Source: an uncultured bacterium (GTDB lineage: Bacteria; Krumholzibacteriota; Krumholzibacteriia; Krumholzibacteriales; Krumholzibacteriaceae). From it: 64,000 nucleotides of DNA. The notes under the pieces are model-generated. The model was given only the letters and a program-made list of their open reading frames with translations. It ran no database searches and was not told the origin of the DNA. The stretch lies in assembly GCA_963813815.1 (NCBI GenBank), contig CAWFAD010000016.1, positions 128,001 to 192,000 of the forward strand, written 5' to 3'. The translations under genes and the position numbers were made by a program. This document shows positions 56,019 to 64,000 of the stretch, piece by piece (position 1 is the stretch's first letter; each line of letters opens with the position of its first letter).

Positions 56019-56297
56019 ATGATCGCCGTGGGAAACGCGCTGCTCGCCATAGCCGTCGTGAGCGCGCTGTGCGGAGTCGCTTCGAGCATCATGATCGGCG
56101 ACGCGCTGCAGAAGCGCGGCGTCAAGATCAACTGGATCTTGTTCCGCGTGCTCATTTTCAGCAAGTATCTCGGTCAGTACCGGGACGTCACGCGTCAGGA
56201 GACGGGACGCCCCGGCCCGCTGTACTATTCGTACATCATCAGTATGAATCTGGCTCTTGTGACGGCGATCGCGGGACTTATCCTGAGGGCACGGTGA
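56019..56297 (+). CDS. Small membrane protein
   Basis: AGGAGG RBS; hydrophobic helices. Confidence 0.7.
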   Translation: MIAVGNALLAIAVVSALCGVASSIMIGDALQKRGVKINWILFRVLIFSKYLGQYRDVTRQETGRPGPLYYSYIISMNLALVTAIAGLILRAR

Positions 56298-56303
56298 TGA
56301 CGC

Positions 56304-56666
56304 ATGAGCGATAAAGCGAGCTACACGTCGAAGAGCACGGTCAAGAGCCTCTGGCAGGAGTACCGCGTGTACGCCGACCGCTTGGAGTTCGACACGCGCT
56401 TCGGCAAGCTGACGGTGCCGTTCGACGAGATCGAACGGGTCGACATTTCCGAATCCGAGGTCACGGGGCTCCTGAGGGGCGATCTTCACCTGAAGCACTT
56501 TCGCCCGGCTCTGAAGCTGGATTGGGCCAATTTTCTGGAGCACGTCGTTCTCGACAGGAGCGAGGGATGGGTCCGGCGCCTGCTCTTTACGCCGGACGAT
56601 CTCGCGGCGTTCAAGAGCGCCGTGGACGACGCGCTTTCACGGTATCGAGGGAGAACCGCGCCATGA
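56304..56666 (+). CDS. Bacterial PH-like domain protein
   Basis: QEYRVYADRLEF...VPFDEIERV. Confidence 0.65.
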   Translation: MSDKASYTSKSTVKSLWQEYRVYADRLEFDTRFGKLTVPFDEIERVDISESEVTGLLRGDLHLKHFRPALKLDWANFLEHVVLDRSEGWVRRLLFTPDDLAAFKSAVDDALSRYRGRTAP

Positions 56667-56905
56667 AAAATCCGAGAAGGCTCTTGATTGCGGCGATTGT
56701 CGTGGGCGTGCTGTCGTTCGTCGCGTTCTTCCTCGAACGACTCGCGCTCACCGATATCTTTCACGGCGAGGCCGACGTTCATCTCGAATGGTCGGTCGTC
56801 AGCGCGGCGTTTCTGCCCATCGCATTCTTTCACGTTCTCGCGATCGTGTCGCTCGCCGTCGCCCTGAGACGTCTCGGCCGGCGCGATAATCCCCCGGAGA
56901 ATTGA
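56663..56905 (+). CDS. Small 2-TM protein
   Basis: ATG overlaps the upstream stop; LALTDIFHGE...EW. Confidence 0.65.
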   Translation: MKNPRRLLIAAIVVGVLSFVAFFLERLALTDIFHGEADVHLEWSVVSAAFLPIAFFHVLAIVSLAVALRRLGRRDNPPEN

Positions 56906-56906
56906 G

Positions 56907-57080
56907 ATGAAGCGCGGGCTCGTTTCGCTCAGGATCGGATGGGCGCTCGCGCTATTCGCCGTTCTCGATCTCGCCTGCCTCGGTCTCGGGATGCTGTTCG
57001 ATCCCGCCGCGGACCTCGCGAACTTCGGCATACCGCTCATTCTCTACGATCCGGCGGCGAAACGAGGTAACGCCCGATGA
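56907..57080 (+). CDS. 57-aa hydrophobic ORF, possibly a deleted gene remnant
   Basis: MKRGLVSLRIGWALALFAVLDLACLGLGMLFDPAADLANFGIPLILYDPAAKRGNAR. Confidence 0.4.
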   Translation: MKRGLVSLRIGWALALFAVLDLACLGLGMLFDPAADLANFGIPLILYDPAAKRGNAR

Positions 57081-57219
57081 GCCGCCGCGACAATTTCGCG
57101 CATGCGCACCCCTGATTTTTATTCCTCAAAAGGCGCCGCCGTATTACTATGATAGGAGACCTAGGGGTTCGCCGACACGAGACAGCAGCATTCGGAATTT
57201 ATATGGGAGGTCAAACGTT

Positions 57220-59496
57220 ATGATGCGGAGGGGATCGTTCGCGGGGCTGATGTGCGCGGCGTTTCTTCTCGGCCCGGTCGCCGCGGCCGGCCAGCTGACG
57301 GGGCCGATCGTCGGCTGGGGCTCGCAGGTCGTCGTGGAGCAGTCGGCGATCGACAGCCTCTCGGCGCTGAGCTGCGGCTGGCAACACGCGCTGGGGCTCG
57401 CGTACGACAGCACGGTCGTGGCGTGGGGGAACAACGACAACGGACAGTGCGTCGTCCCCGCCTCGAATGCGGGCTTCGTAAAGGTGGCGGCGGGCGGATA
57501 TCACAGCCTGGCCCTCAAGGCCGACGGGACGATCGTGGCGTGGGGGCACAACTTCTACGGGCAGTGCAACGTTCCCGCGCCGAACTCCGGCTTCGCGGCG
57601 ATCGCCGCGGGAACGTATTACAGCCTCGGCCTCAGATCGGACGGATCGATCGTGGCGTGGGGGAGCAATACGTACGGGCAGTGCAACGTTCCCGTGCCGA
57701 ACTCCGGCTTCGCGTCGATCGCCTGCGGCGCCGAGCACAGCCTCGGGCTCAAATCCGGCGGGACCATCGTGGCGTGGGGGAGAAACGACTCCGGCCAGTG
57801 CCTCGTTCCCGCTCCGAACGAGAGCTTCACGGCGGTCGGGGCCGGCGGGTATCACAGCCTCGGGCTCAAGTCGACCGGGGCGATCGTGGCGTGGGGATAC
57901 AACTATTCCGGCCAGTGCAGCGTTCCCGCTCCGAACGAGGCGTTCGTCGCGATCGAGGGCGGCGGGTATCACAGCCTCGGACTCAAATCGTGGGGAGCGA
58001 TCGTGGCCTGGGGGTCGAACAGCGCCGGCCAGTGCACCGTTCCCGCGCCGAACGAGAGCTTCGCGAGAGTATCGGCGGGAGGATGGTACAGCATCGGCGG
58101 AAAATCCGACGGGACGATCGCGGCGTGGGGGATCAACGACTACGGCCAAAGGAACGTCCCGGCGCCGAACGCCGAATTGACGGCGGTCGCCGCGGGAACG
58201 GATCACGGCCTCGGTCTCAGGTCGGACGGAACGATCGCGGCGTGGGGAGGCAACTACTCCGGCCAGTGCAACATCCCCGGGCTGAACGAAGGCTACCGGG
58301 CGATCGCGGCGGGCTCGGCCCACAGCCTCGCGCTCAAGACCGCCGGGTGGATCGTGGCGTGGGGAGACAACTCGGAAGGCCAGTGCACCGTCCCCGATCC
58401 GAACGCCGGCTTCGCGTCGATCGCGGCGAACGGGTATCACAGCCTCGGACTCAAGACCGACGGCAGCGTCGCGGCATGGGGGTACAACGAGTTTTTCCAG
58501 TGCGACGTCCCCGCTCCGAACGAGAATTTCACGGCGATCGCCGCCGGCAATCTGCATAGCCTCGGACTCAAGTCCAACGGCTCCATCGTCGCATGGGGGT
58601 GGAATTTCTTCGGCCAGTGCGACGTTCCGTCGCAAAACGAAAATTTCACGGCGGTGGCCGCGGGCGCGAATCACAGCCTCGGGCTCAAATCCGACGGCTC
58701 GATCATGGCGTGGGGCGACAACGCGTCGGGCCAGTGCGCCGTCCCCGCTCCGAACGAGGAGTTCGTGGCGGTGGCGGCGGGATTCGATCACAGCCTCGGG
58801 ATCAAGTCCGACGGCTCGATCGTGGCGTGGGGCCTCAATGACTTCGGCCAGTGCGACGTTCTCGGTTCGAACTCGGGCTTCTCGGCGATCGCCGGCGGCG
58901 GGAGCCGCAGCCTCGCGGTCAGGCCCGGAGAGATCGTGGCCGTGGCGTTCACCTCAGTCGCCGCCGACTCGCGCGAGGGCGCCATCGTGCTCCATTGGGA
59001 AACGGCGGCGGATGAGGCGCTCGACGGATTTCGGCTCTATCGCGCCGCGCGCGACGAGGATTATTCGTGCATCACCGAGGGCCTCCTTTCGCCGTACGCG
59101 AGAAGCTACGAGGACTCCGGCGTCGAGCCGGGCGTGGAGTACCGCTACGTGGTCGCCGCGGTGACGGCGGACGGCCGCGAGATCCGCTCGGTCGAGATAA
59201 CGGCGTGGAGCGCGGCGGCGCGGCTCGCGCTCGACCAAAACGTCCCCAATCCGTTCAATCCCGGCACGACGATCGGATTTTCGACGCCGGGCGCGGAGCA
59301 CGTGCGGCTCGATGTCTACGATGTCGCGGGACGCCTCGTTCAGAGGCTCGTCGATCGGCCGATGCAGGCGGGCCGCCACCGGATCGAGTGGGACGGCCGG
59401 GACCGCGAGGGCCGCTCGGTCTCCTCGGGCGTGTATTTTTACCGGCTCACCGTCGGCAAGCAAACGTTCGCCAAAAAGATGGTTCTTCTGAAATAG
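57220..59496 (+). CDS. Secreted RCC1/BLIP-II-repeat beta-propeller protein with FlgD-Ig/T9SS-like C-terminus
   Basis: About 14 repeats of 40 aa (HSLGLKSDGSIVAWGxNxxGQCxVP); ends QNVPNPFNP...KKMVLLK. Confidence 0.9.
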   Translation: MMRRGSFAGLMCAAFLLGPVAAAGQLTGPIVGWGSQVVVEQSAIDSLSALSCGWQHALGLAYDSTVVAWGNNDNGQCVVPASNAGFVKVAAGGYHSLALKADGTIVAWGHNFYGQCNVPAPNSGFAAIAAGTYYSLGLRSDGSIVAWGSNTYGQCNVPVPNSGFASIACGAEHSLGLKSGGTIVAWGRNDSGQCLVPAPNESFTAVGAGGYHSLGLKSTGAIVAWGYNYSGQCSVPAPNEAFVAIEGGGYHSLGLKSWGAIVAWGSNSAGQCTVPAPNESFARVSAGGWYSIGGKSDGTIAAWGINDYGQRNVPAPNAELTAVAAGTDHGLGLRSDGTIAAWGGNYSGQCNIPGLNEGYRAIAAGSAHSLALKTAGWIVAWGDNSEGQCTVPDPNAGFASIAANGYHSLGLKTDGSVAAWGYNEFFQCDVPAPNENFTAIAAGNLHSLGLKSNGSIVAWGWNFFGQCDVPSQNENFTAVAAGANHSLGLKSDGSIMAWGDNASGQCAVPAPNEEFVAVAAGFDHSLGIKSDGSIVAWGLNDFGQCDVLGSNSGFSAIAGGGSRSLAVRPGEIVAVAFTSVAADSREGAIVLHWETAADEALDGFRLYRAARDEDYSCITEGLLSPYARSYEDSGVEPGVEYRYVVAAVTADGREIRSVEITAWSAAARLALDQNVPNPFNPGTTIGFSTPGAEHVRLDVYDVAGRLVQRLVDRPMQAGRHRIEWDGRDREGRSVSSGVYFYRLTVGKQTFAKKMVLLK

Positions 59497-59529
59497 ATCG
59501 ACCCTCGACGCCTCACAGGGAGATCGCGC

Positions 59530-61038
59530 GTGAACGATATCCTCGTCGGCAAGGGCGAGCGGCAGGTCAGTCTGCTCGCGAAATACGGCAATCGGCACGG
59601 CCTCATCGCCGGCGCCACGGGCACCGGCAAGACGGTTTCCCTCATGGTGCTGGCGGAGGGGTTCTCGCGCCTCGGCGTGCCGGTGTTCATGGCGGACGTG
59701 AAGGGCGACGTCGCGGGGCTCGCGCTCGCCGGGGCCGCGAACGAGAAGATTGAGCGGCGCGTCGCCGAGATCGGCATCGAGGGGTACGCGAGCGAGGCGA
59801 GCCCGGTGATCTTCTGGGACCTCTACGGCGTCTCCGGCCATCCCGTGCGCGCGACGATCAGCGAGATCGGCCCGAATCTTCTCGGGCGGATGCTCGATCT
59901 GAACGACATCCAGATCGGGACGCTCGAGGTCGCCTTCAAGCTGGCGGACGAAGAAGGGCTGCTGCTCCTCGACCTCGACGATCTGCGTTCGCTCCTCTCC
60001 TTCGTCGCGGACAATCGCAAGGAGATCTCGACTCAGTACGGTCTCGTGAGCACGCAGTCCATCGCCGCCATTCAGCGCGCGCTCCTCGCGCTCGAGCGGG
60101 AAGGCGGAGAGGGGTTTTTCGGCGAGCCGGCGCTCGAGCTCGGCGACCTCATGCGCACCGATCTCAACGGCCGCGGCGTCGTCAATATCCTCGCCGCCGA
60201 CCAGCTGATACTGAAGCCCCGGCTCTACTCGAGCTTTCTCCTGTGGTTTCTCTCGGAGCTCTTCGAGAACCTTCCCGAGGTGGGCGATCTCGAGAAGCCG
60301 CGGCTCGTCTTTTTCTTCGACGAGGCCCATCTGCTCTTCGAGGACGCCCCGCCCGCCCTGCGCCAGCGGGTCGAGCAGGTCGTGAGGATCATCCGTTCCA
60401 AGGGCGTCGGCGTATACTTCTGCTCTCAGTTCCCGGACGACGTGCCGAACGAGATCCTCGGCCAGCTCGGAAACCGCATCCAGCACGCGCTGCGGGCCTT
60501 TACGCCGAGGGACCAGAAGGCGGTGCGCACCGCCGCCGAAACGTTCGCCGCGAATCCCGCCCTCGACGTCGCCGGTGTCATCTCTCAGCTCGGCGTCGGC
60601 GAGGCCCTCGTGTCAACGCTTCAGGAGAAAGGCGTTCCGATGCCCGTCGAGCGCGCGCTGATATGTCCGCCGCGCTGCAGGATCGGCGCGATAACGCCCG
60701 AGGAGCGCGCGGTCGTTCGCGCGAGAAGCCCGCTCGGGGGGAAGTACGATACCCCCGTGAACCGCGAGTCGGCCTACGAGATTCTGAGCCGGAGGAACGC
60801 CCCGGAGGCGGCCGCGTCGCCGGAGCGGACCCCCGACCCGCGCGCGGGGCGGCCCGAGCCCGGACCGAAACCGGAAGGGGGCGGGCGCCTCGGCGATCTG
60901 CTCTGGGGGACCAAGCGCCGCCAGGGCATGGTGGAAAGCATGGCGAAGCAGGCCGCCCGCACCGTCGGCAGCCAGATCGGCCGGCAGATTATGCGCGGAG
61001 TGCTGGGCGGCATTCTCGGCGGATCTCGTCGCCGGTAG
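59530..61038 (+). CDS. DUF853/YjgR HerA-like ATPase
   Basis: NRHGLIAGATGTGKT, FFFDEAHLLF and RSKGVG. Confidence 0.92.
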   Translation: MNDILVGKGERQVSLLAKYGNRHGLIAGATGTGKTVSLMVLAEGFSRLGVPVFMADVKGDVAGLALAGAANEKIERRVAEIGIEGYASEASPVIFWDLYGVSGHPVRATISEIGPNLLGRMLDLNDIQIGTLEVAFKLADEEGLLLLDLDDLRSLLSFVADNRKEISTQYGLVSTQSIAAIQRALLALEREGGEGFFGEPALELGDLMRTDLNGRGVVNILAADQLILKPRLYSSFLLWFLSELFENLPEVGDLEKPRLVFFFDEAHLLFEDAPPALRQRVEQVVRIIRSKGVGVYFCSQFPDDVPNEILGQLGNRIQHALRAFTPRDQKAVRTAAETFAANPALDVAGVISQLGVGEALVSTLQEKGVPMPVERALICPPRCRIGAITPEERAVVRARSPLGGKYDTPVNRESAYEILSRRNAPEAAASPERTPDPRAGRPEPGPKPEGGGRLGDLLWGTKRRQGMVESMAKQAARTVGSQIGRQIMRGVLGGILGGSRRR

Positions 61039-61077
61039 CGCGAGGGCGCGCCGGCCCCCTCCGGAGAGTGATGCGTC

Positions 61078-61482
61078 ATGAGATCGTCCCGCACGATAGT
61101 CGTTGGCTTGCTTTTGCTCGCGCTCCTGCCCGCCGCCGCCCTCGGCGGCTCGAGGCAGGACAGGGCTCTCGCGAAGGAGATCGCGAGGCTCGAGAAGCGG
61201 ATCGCGTTTCTCGAGGAGCGCATTCGCCTGCTCGAAATCGAGATCGCGAGGTTTTCCGGGGGCCCGGCCGCCCCGCCGGAGCTCCGGCCGGCCCCGCTCG
61301 ACGCCTGGAAGATGCTCGCGATCGGAATGTCCCGGCGGGAGGTTCGGCTCCTGCTCGGACCGCCCGACGAAATAGCCCCTCATTCGTACCTCGAGATCTG
61401 GAATTACTCGAGATCGTACGGCGCGCCGTGCAGCGTCACTTTCGACGAAGAGGGGCGCGTGGAGAGCTGGACGGCGCCCTGA
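61078..61482 (+). CDS. Secreted protein with coiled coil and SmpA/BamE-like domain
   Basis: GMSRREVRLLLGPP...WNY...VTFD. Confidence 0.65.
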   Translation: MRSSRTIVVGLLLLALLPAAALGGSRQDRALAKEIARLEKRIAFLEERIRLLEIEIARFSGGPAAPPELRPAPLDAWKMLAIGMSRREVRLLLGPPDEIAPHSYLEIWNYSRSYGAPCSVTFDEEGRVESWTAP

Positions 61483-61533
61483 CGGCGGCGTCCGCGACGC
61501 CCTGCGCGGAGGGCGCGAGAAAGGGAGAGACAC

Positions 61534-62217
61534 TTGGCGCAGCCCTACGTGACCGACTCGACGATCGCGGCGAAAGCGGCGGGATGGCTCGAGCGGATCG
61601 CCCCGTATAACCGGCACGAGATGGAGCTTCGCGCGGAGAAGAGCGCGCTCATCGTCGTCGACATGCAGGTCTTCTTTCTCGATCCCGCGTCGCCGACGTA
61701 CACCTGCGGCGGGCCGGCCGTCATTCCGACCGTCTCGCGCCTCGTGGCGGCGTTTCGGGCGGCGGGGCGCCCGGTCATTTTTACGCGGCACGTGCACCAC
61801 GCGGACGATCTCGACAGCGGCATCATGGGCTGGTGGTGGATCGGGAAGTGCATCGAGGGGAGCCCGGAGAGCGAGATCCATCCCGCCCTCGCGCCGCTGC
61901 CGCGGGAGAAGGTCGTCCTCAAGCATCGCTACTCGGCGTTCTACAACACGGATCTCGAAACGATCCTTCGCTGCCTCGGGATCGAGGACGTCGTCGTCTG
62001 CGGAATCATGACGAATCTGTGCTGCGAATCGACCGCGCGCGACGCGTATTTCCGCGATTACCGGGTTTTCATACCGGCCGACGGCACCGGGTCGATCGAC
62101 GAGGATCTGCACGTGGCGAGCCTCATGGGCCTCGCCTTCGGTTTCGCGTTCGTGACGACCGGAGACGCCGTCGTCTCGCGCCTGCGTACCGGGGCCGAGC
62201 CCCGGGGAACGCCATGA
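61534..62217 (+). CDS. Isochorismatase-family cysteine hydrolase
   Basis: LIVVDMQ, KHRYSAF and TNLCCESTARDA. Confidence 0.92.
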   Translation: MAQPYVTDSTIAAKAAGWLERIAPYNRHEMELRAEKSALIVVDMQVFFLDPASPTYTCGGPAVIPTVSRLVAAFRAAGRPVIFTRHVHHADDLDSGIMGWWWIGKCIEGSPESEIHPALAPLPREKVVLKHRYSAFYNTDLETILRCLGIEDVVVCGIMTNLCCESTARDAYFRDYRVFIPADGTGSIDEDLHVASLMGLAFGFAFVTTGDAVVSRLRTGAEPRGTP

Positions 62218-62984
62218 GCGCGCTCTTCGAAAAGAAGCGGATCGGGCTGGCCCTCGGGGGCGGTTCCGTGCTCGGCGCGGCGCACGTCGGCGTCCTGCGC
62301 GCCATCGACGAGTTCGGCATTCCGATCGCCTGCGTCGCGGGAACGAGCATCGGCGCCTTTATCGGCGCCCTCCACGCGTTCGGCAAATCCTGGCGCGAGA
62401 TAGAGGAGATAGCGCTCGACACGAAATGGCTCGACGTCTCGCGGCTGTCGCTCTCCCAGTACGGGCTCCTCTCGAACAAGCGTCTCGGCAAGGCGCTGAC
62501 CGGCGCGATCGGCGGCGTGAAGTTCGCCGACGCCCGCATTCCGCTCGCCGTCGTCGCGACGGATATCGGAAAGGGAGAGAGGGCGGTGCTGATCGAAGGG
62601 AACGTCGCCGAGGCGGTCATGGCGAGCAGCTGCATCCCCGGCGTGTTCATTCCGGTCGAGATCGGCGGCCGGATGCTCGTCGACGGCGGCGTCATGGAGA
62701 ACGTGCCGGTCTCGCCGCTGCGCGACATGGGGGCTGAGGTCGTCATAGGAGTCGATCTCACCACGAACCACTCGTTCAAGAGGCCGGAGCATCTCGTCGG
62801 CGTGCTGCTCAACACCTTCGGGATCACGCTCCGCAACGCAACGATGTTTCAGGCGAACCGGGCGGACATTCTCATCGCGCCGGACCTATCGGCCTTCAAC
62901 GCCATCGACACGGATCAGGTGGCGAAGCTCATCGCGATCGGCTACTCGAAAGCGAGCGAAACGTTTCGCGGGCTCCTTGCGTGA
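62214..62984 (+). CDS. Patatin-like phospholipase
   Basis: LGGGS, GTSIG and DGG. Confidence 0.92.
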   Translation: MSALFEKKRIGLALGGGSVLGAAHVGVLRAIDEFGIPIACVAGTSIGAFIGALHAFGKSWREIEEIALDTKWLDVSRLSLSQYGLLSNKRLGKALTGAIGGVKFADARIPLAVVATDIGKGERAVLIEGNVAEAVMASSCIPGVFIPVEIGGRMLVDGGVMENVPVSPLRDMGAEVVIGVDLTTNHSFKRPEHLVGVLLNTFGITLRNATMFQANRADILIAPDLSAFNAIDTDQVAKLIAIGYSKASETFRGLLA

Positions 62985-63011
62985 TCGACAGCCCCGGAGG
63001 TTTGTGGTATC

Positions 63012-63329
63012 GTGCCGGCCATGAGCGGCGGTGAACGCGGCGCGGACGCGCCCGGACCGGATCTGGTCTGCGTCTTCCGCGCCGGCGACGAAGGCCTCGT
63101 TGGCATCGTCAAATCGATTCTCGACGGGGAAGAAATTCTCTACATCGCGCGCGGCGCGGAGATGCAGGACCTCTTCGGCGTGGGGCGCATCGGCGGCGGT
63201 TTCAACTACGTCGTCGGCCCCGTCGAATTCATGGTGCGGCCGGAGGACGCCGATCGCGCCCGCGCCGTGCTCGACGCCCTGCGCGAGGGATTCCTGAGCG
63301 GCGGCGCGGCCGAACCCGAGGACGCCTGA
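63012..63329 (+). CDS. DUF2007-like protein
   Basis: IVKSILDGEEI...VRPEDADRARAVL. Confidence 0.75.
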   Translation: MPAMSGGERGADAPGPDLVCVFRAGDEGLVGIVKSILDGEEILYIARGAEMQDLFGVGRIGGGFNYVVGPVEFMVRPEDADRARAVLDALREGFLSGGAAEPEDA

Positions 63330-63381
63330 CCTTCTTTCGCGGAGCCGCCCGTCGCGGCGCCCCCTTTCGCTCGAGCTTCCC

Positions 63382-64000
63382 TCAGAGAGATCGTTCGATC
63401 GCGGCCGTGAGCTTCGCGCCCCGCAAATCCTCGCCCCACGCCGCGAGGGCGCCGTCCCGCCCCACGAGGAAGGGGGACGGAATGCTTCCCACGAACCAGC
63501 GCTTCACGGGTCCGGCGTTCCAGCCCGATCCGTCGTAGACGTGGCGCCAGGTCATGCCGTGCGCCGCGACCGAGTCGCGGAGGGCCGGGACGCTCACGCG
63601 GTCGGCGTAGTCGAGCGAGATCGACACGATCTCGAGGCCCCGTTCGTGATATTTCGCGTACGCGGCCGCGATCCCGGGAAGCTCGCGCCGGCACGGCGGG
63701 CACCACGTGGCCCAGAAGTCGACGAGCAGGACCTTGCCCGCGTACTCGTCGAGCGACACCGGCATGCCGTCGATGTCGGAGACCTCGAGCGAAATCGGCC
63801 ACATGAGACGGACGGCGTCCGGGCCGAGCTGCGTCGCGACGACGCGGTAGAAATGCCGGTCGTCGGCGCACTCGTCGACGAGCGCCGCGAGCTCCTTGCC
63901 GAGGTCGGCGTCGTCGGCGCCGGGGGATTTCGCCTTGTTGGCGATCCTGAGGGCGCGCGCGGCGCCGTAGAACTCGCTCCCCGCGATAATCTTGTCGAGG
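63382..64000 (-). CDS. TlpA-family thiol-disulfide oxidoreductase, 5'-partial
   Basis: VDFWATWCPPCRRELP; frame is open to the window edge. Confidence 0.9.
   Translation of the reverse strand, partial: LDKIIAGSEFYGAARALRIANKAKSPGADDADLGKELAALVDECADDRHFYRVVATQLGPDAVRLMWPISLEVSDIDGMPVSLDEYAGKVLLVDFWATWCPPCRRELPGIAAAYAKYHERGLEIVSISLDYADRVSVPALRDSVAAHGMTWRHVYDGSGWNAGPVKRWFVGSIPSPFLVGRDGALAAWGEDLRGAKLTAAIERSL

Noticed and set aside
59530..62984. HerA-like ATPase plus patatin as an anti-phage system
   Set aside because: Both are common housekeeping types (DUF853; NTE/RssA-like patatin) with host-like GC and no cyclase, nuclease or Sir2 partner.

Overview
GC-rich bacterial chromosomal window. Three secreted proteins end in a 'PNPFNP...KxVxLR/K' FlgD-Ig / T9SS-like sorting domain, which suggests an FCB-group candidate lineage such as Krumholzibacteriota, Latescibacterota or Eisenbacteria (inference). 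1-43.5 kb is mostly housekeeping and envelope genes: a low-GC C25 peptidase-like gene, ald, gdhA, corA, ligA, a GH57 alpha-glucan cluster, an octaheme cytochrome, a CocE hydrolase, secDF, and a sigma54-type promoter before a giant histidine kinase-DUF4159-DUF4175-TPR run. The main discovery is at 43.55-50.83 kb: an integron-type gene-cassette array with 12 attC sites (10 intact; five from one ~112-bp family) and no integrase in the window (CALIN). It carries two RelBE-type toxin-antitoxin cassettes, an unannotated 50-aa Gly-Phe peptide, and a probable selenoprotein cassette (in-frame TGA at a family Cys position, SECIS-like hairpin, true stop inside the attC). From 50.8 to 57.1 kb the small co-oriented genes continue with only eroded attC remnants, consistent with older cassettes being fixed in the chromosome. 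Several conserved genes carry frameshifts that look like assembly indel errors. All family calls are from motif recognition; no searches were run.
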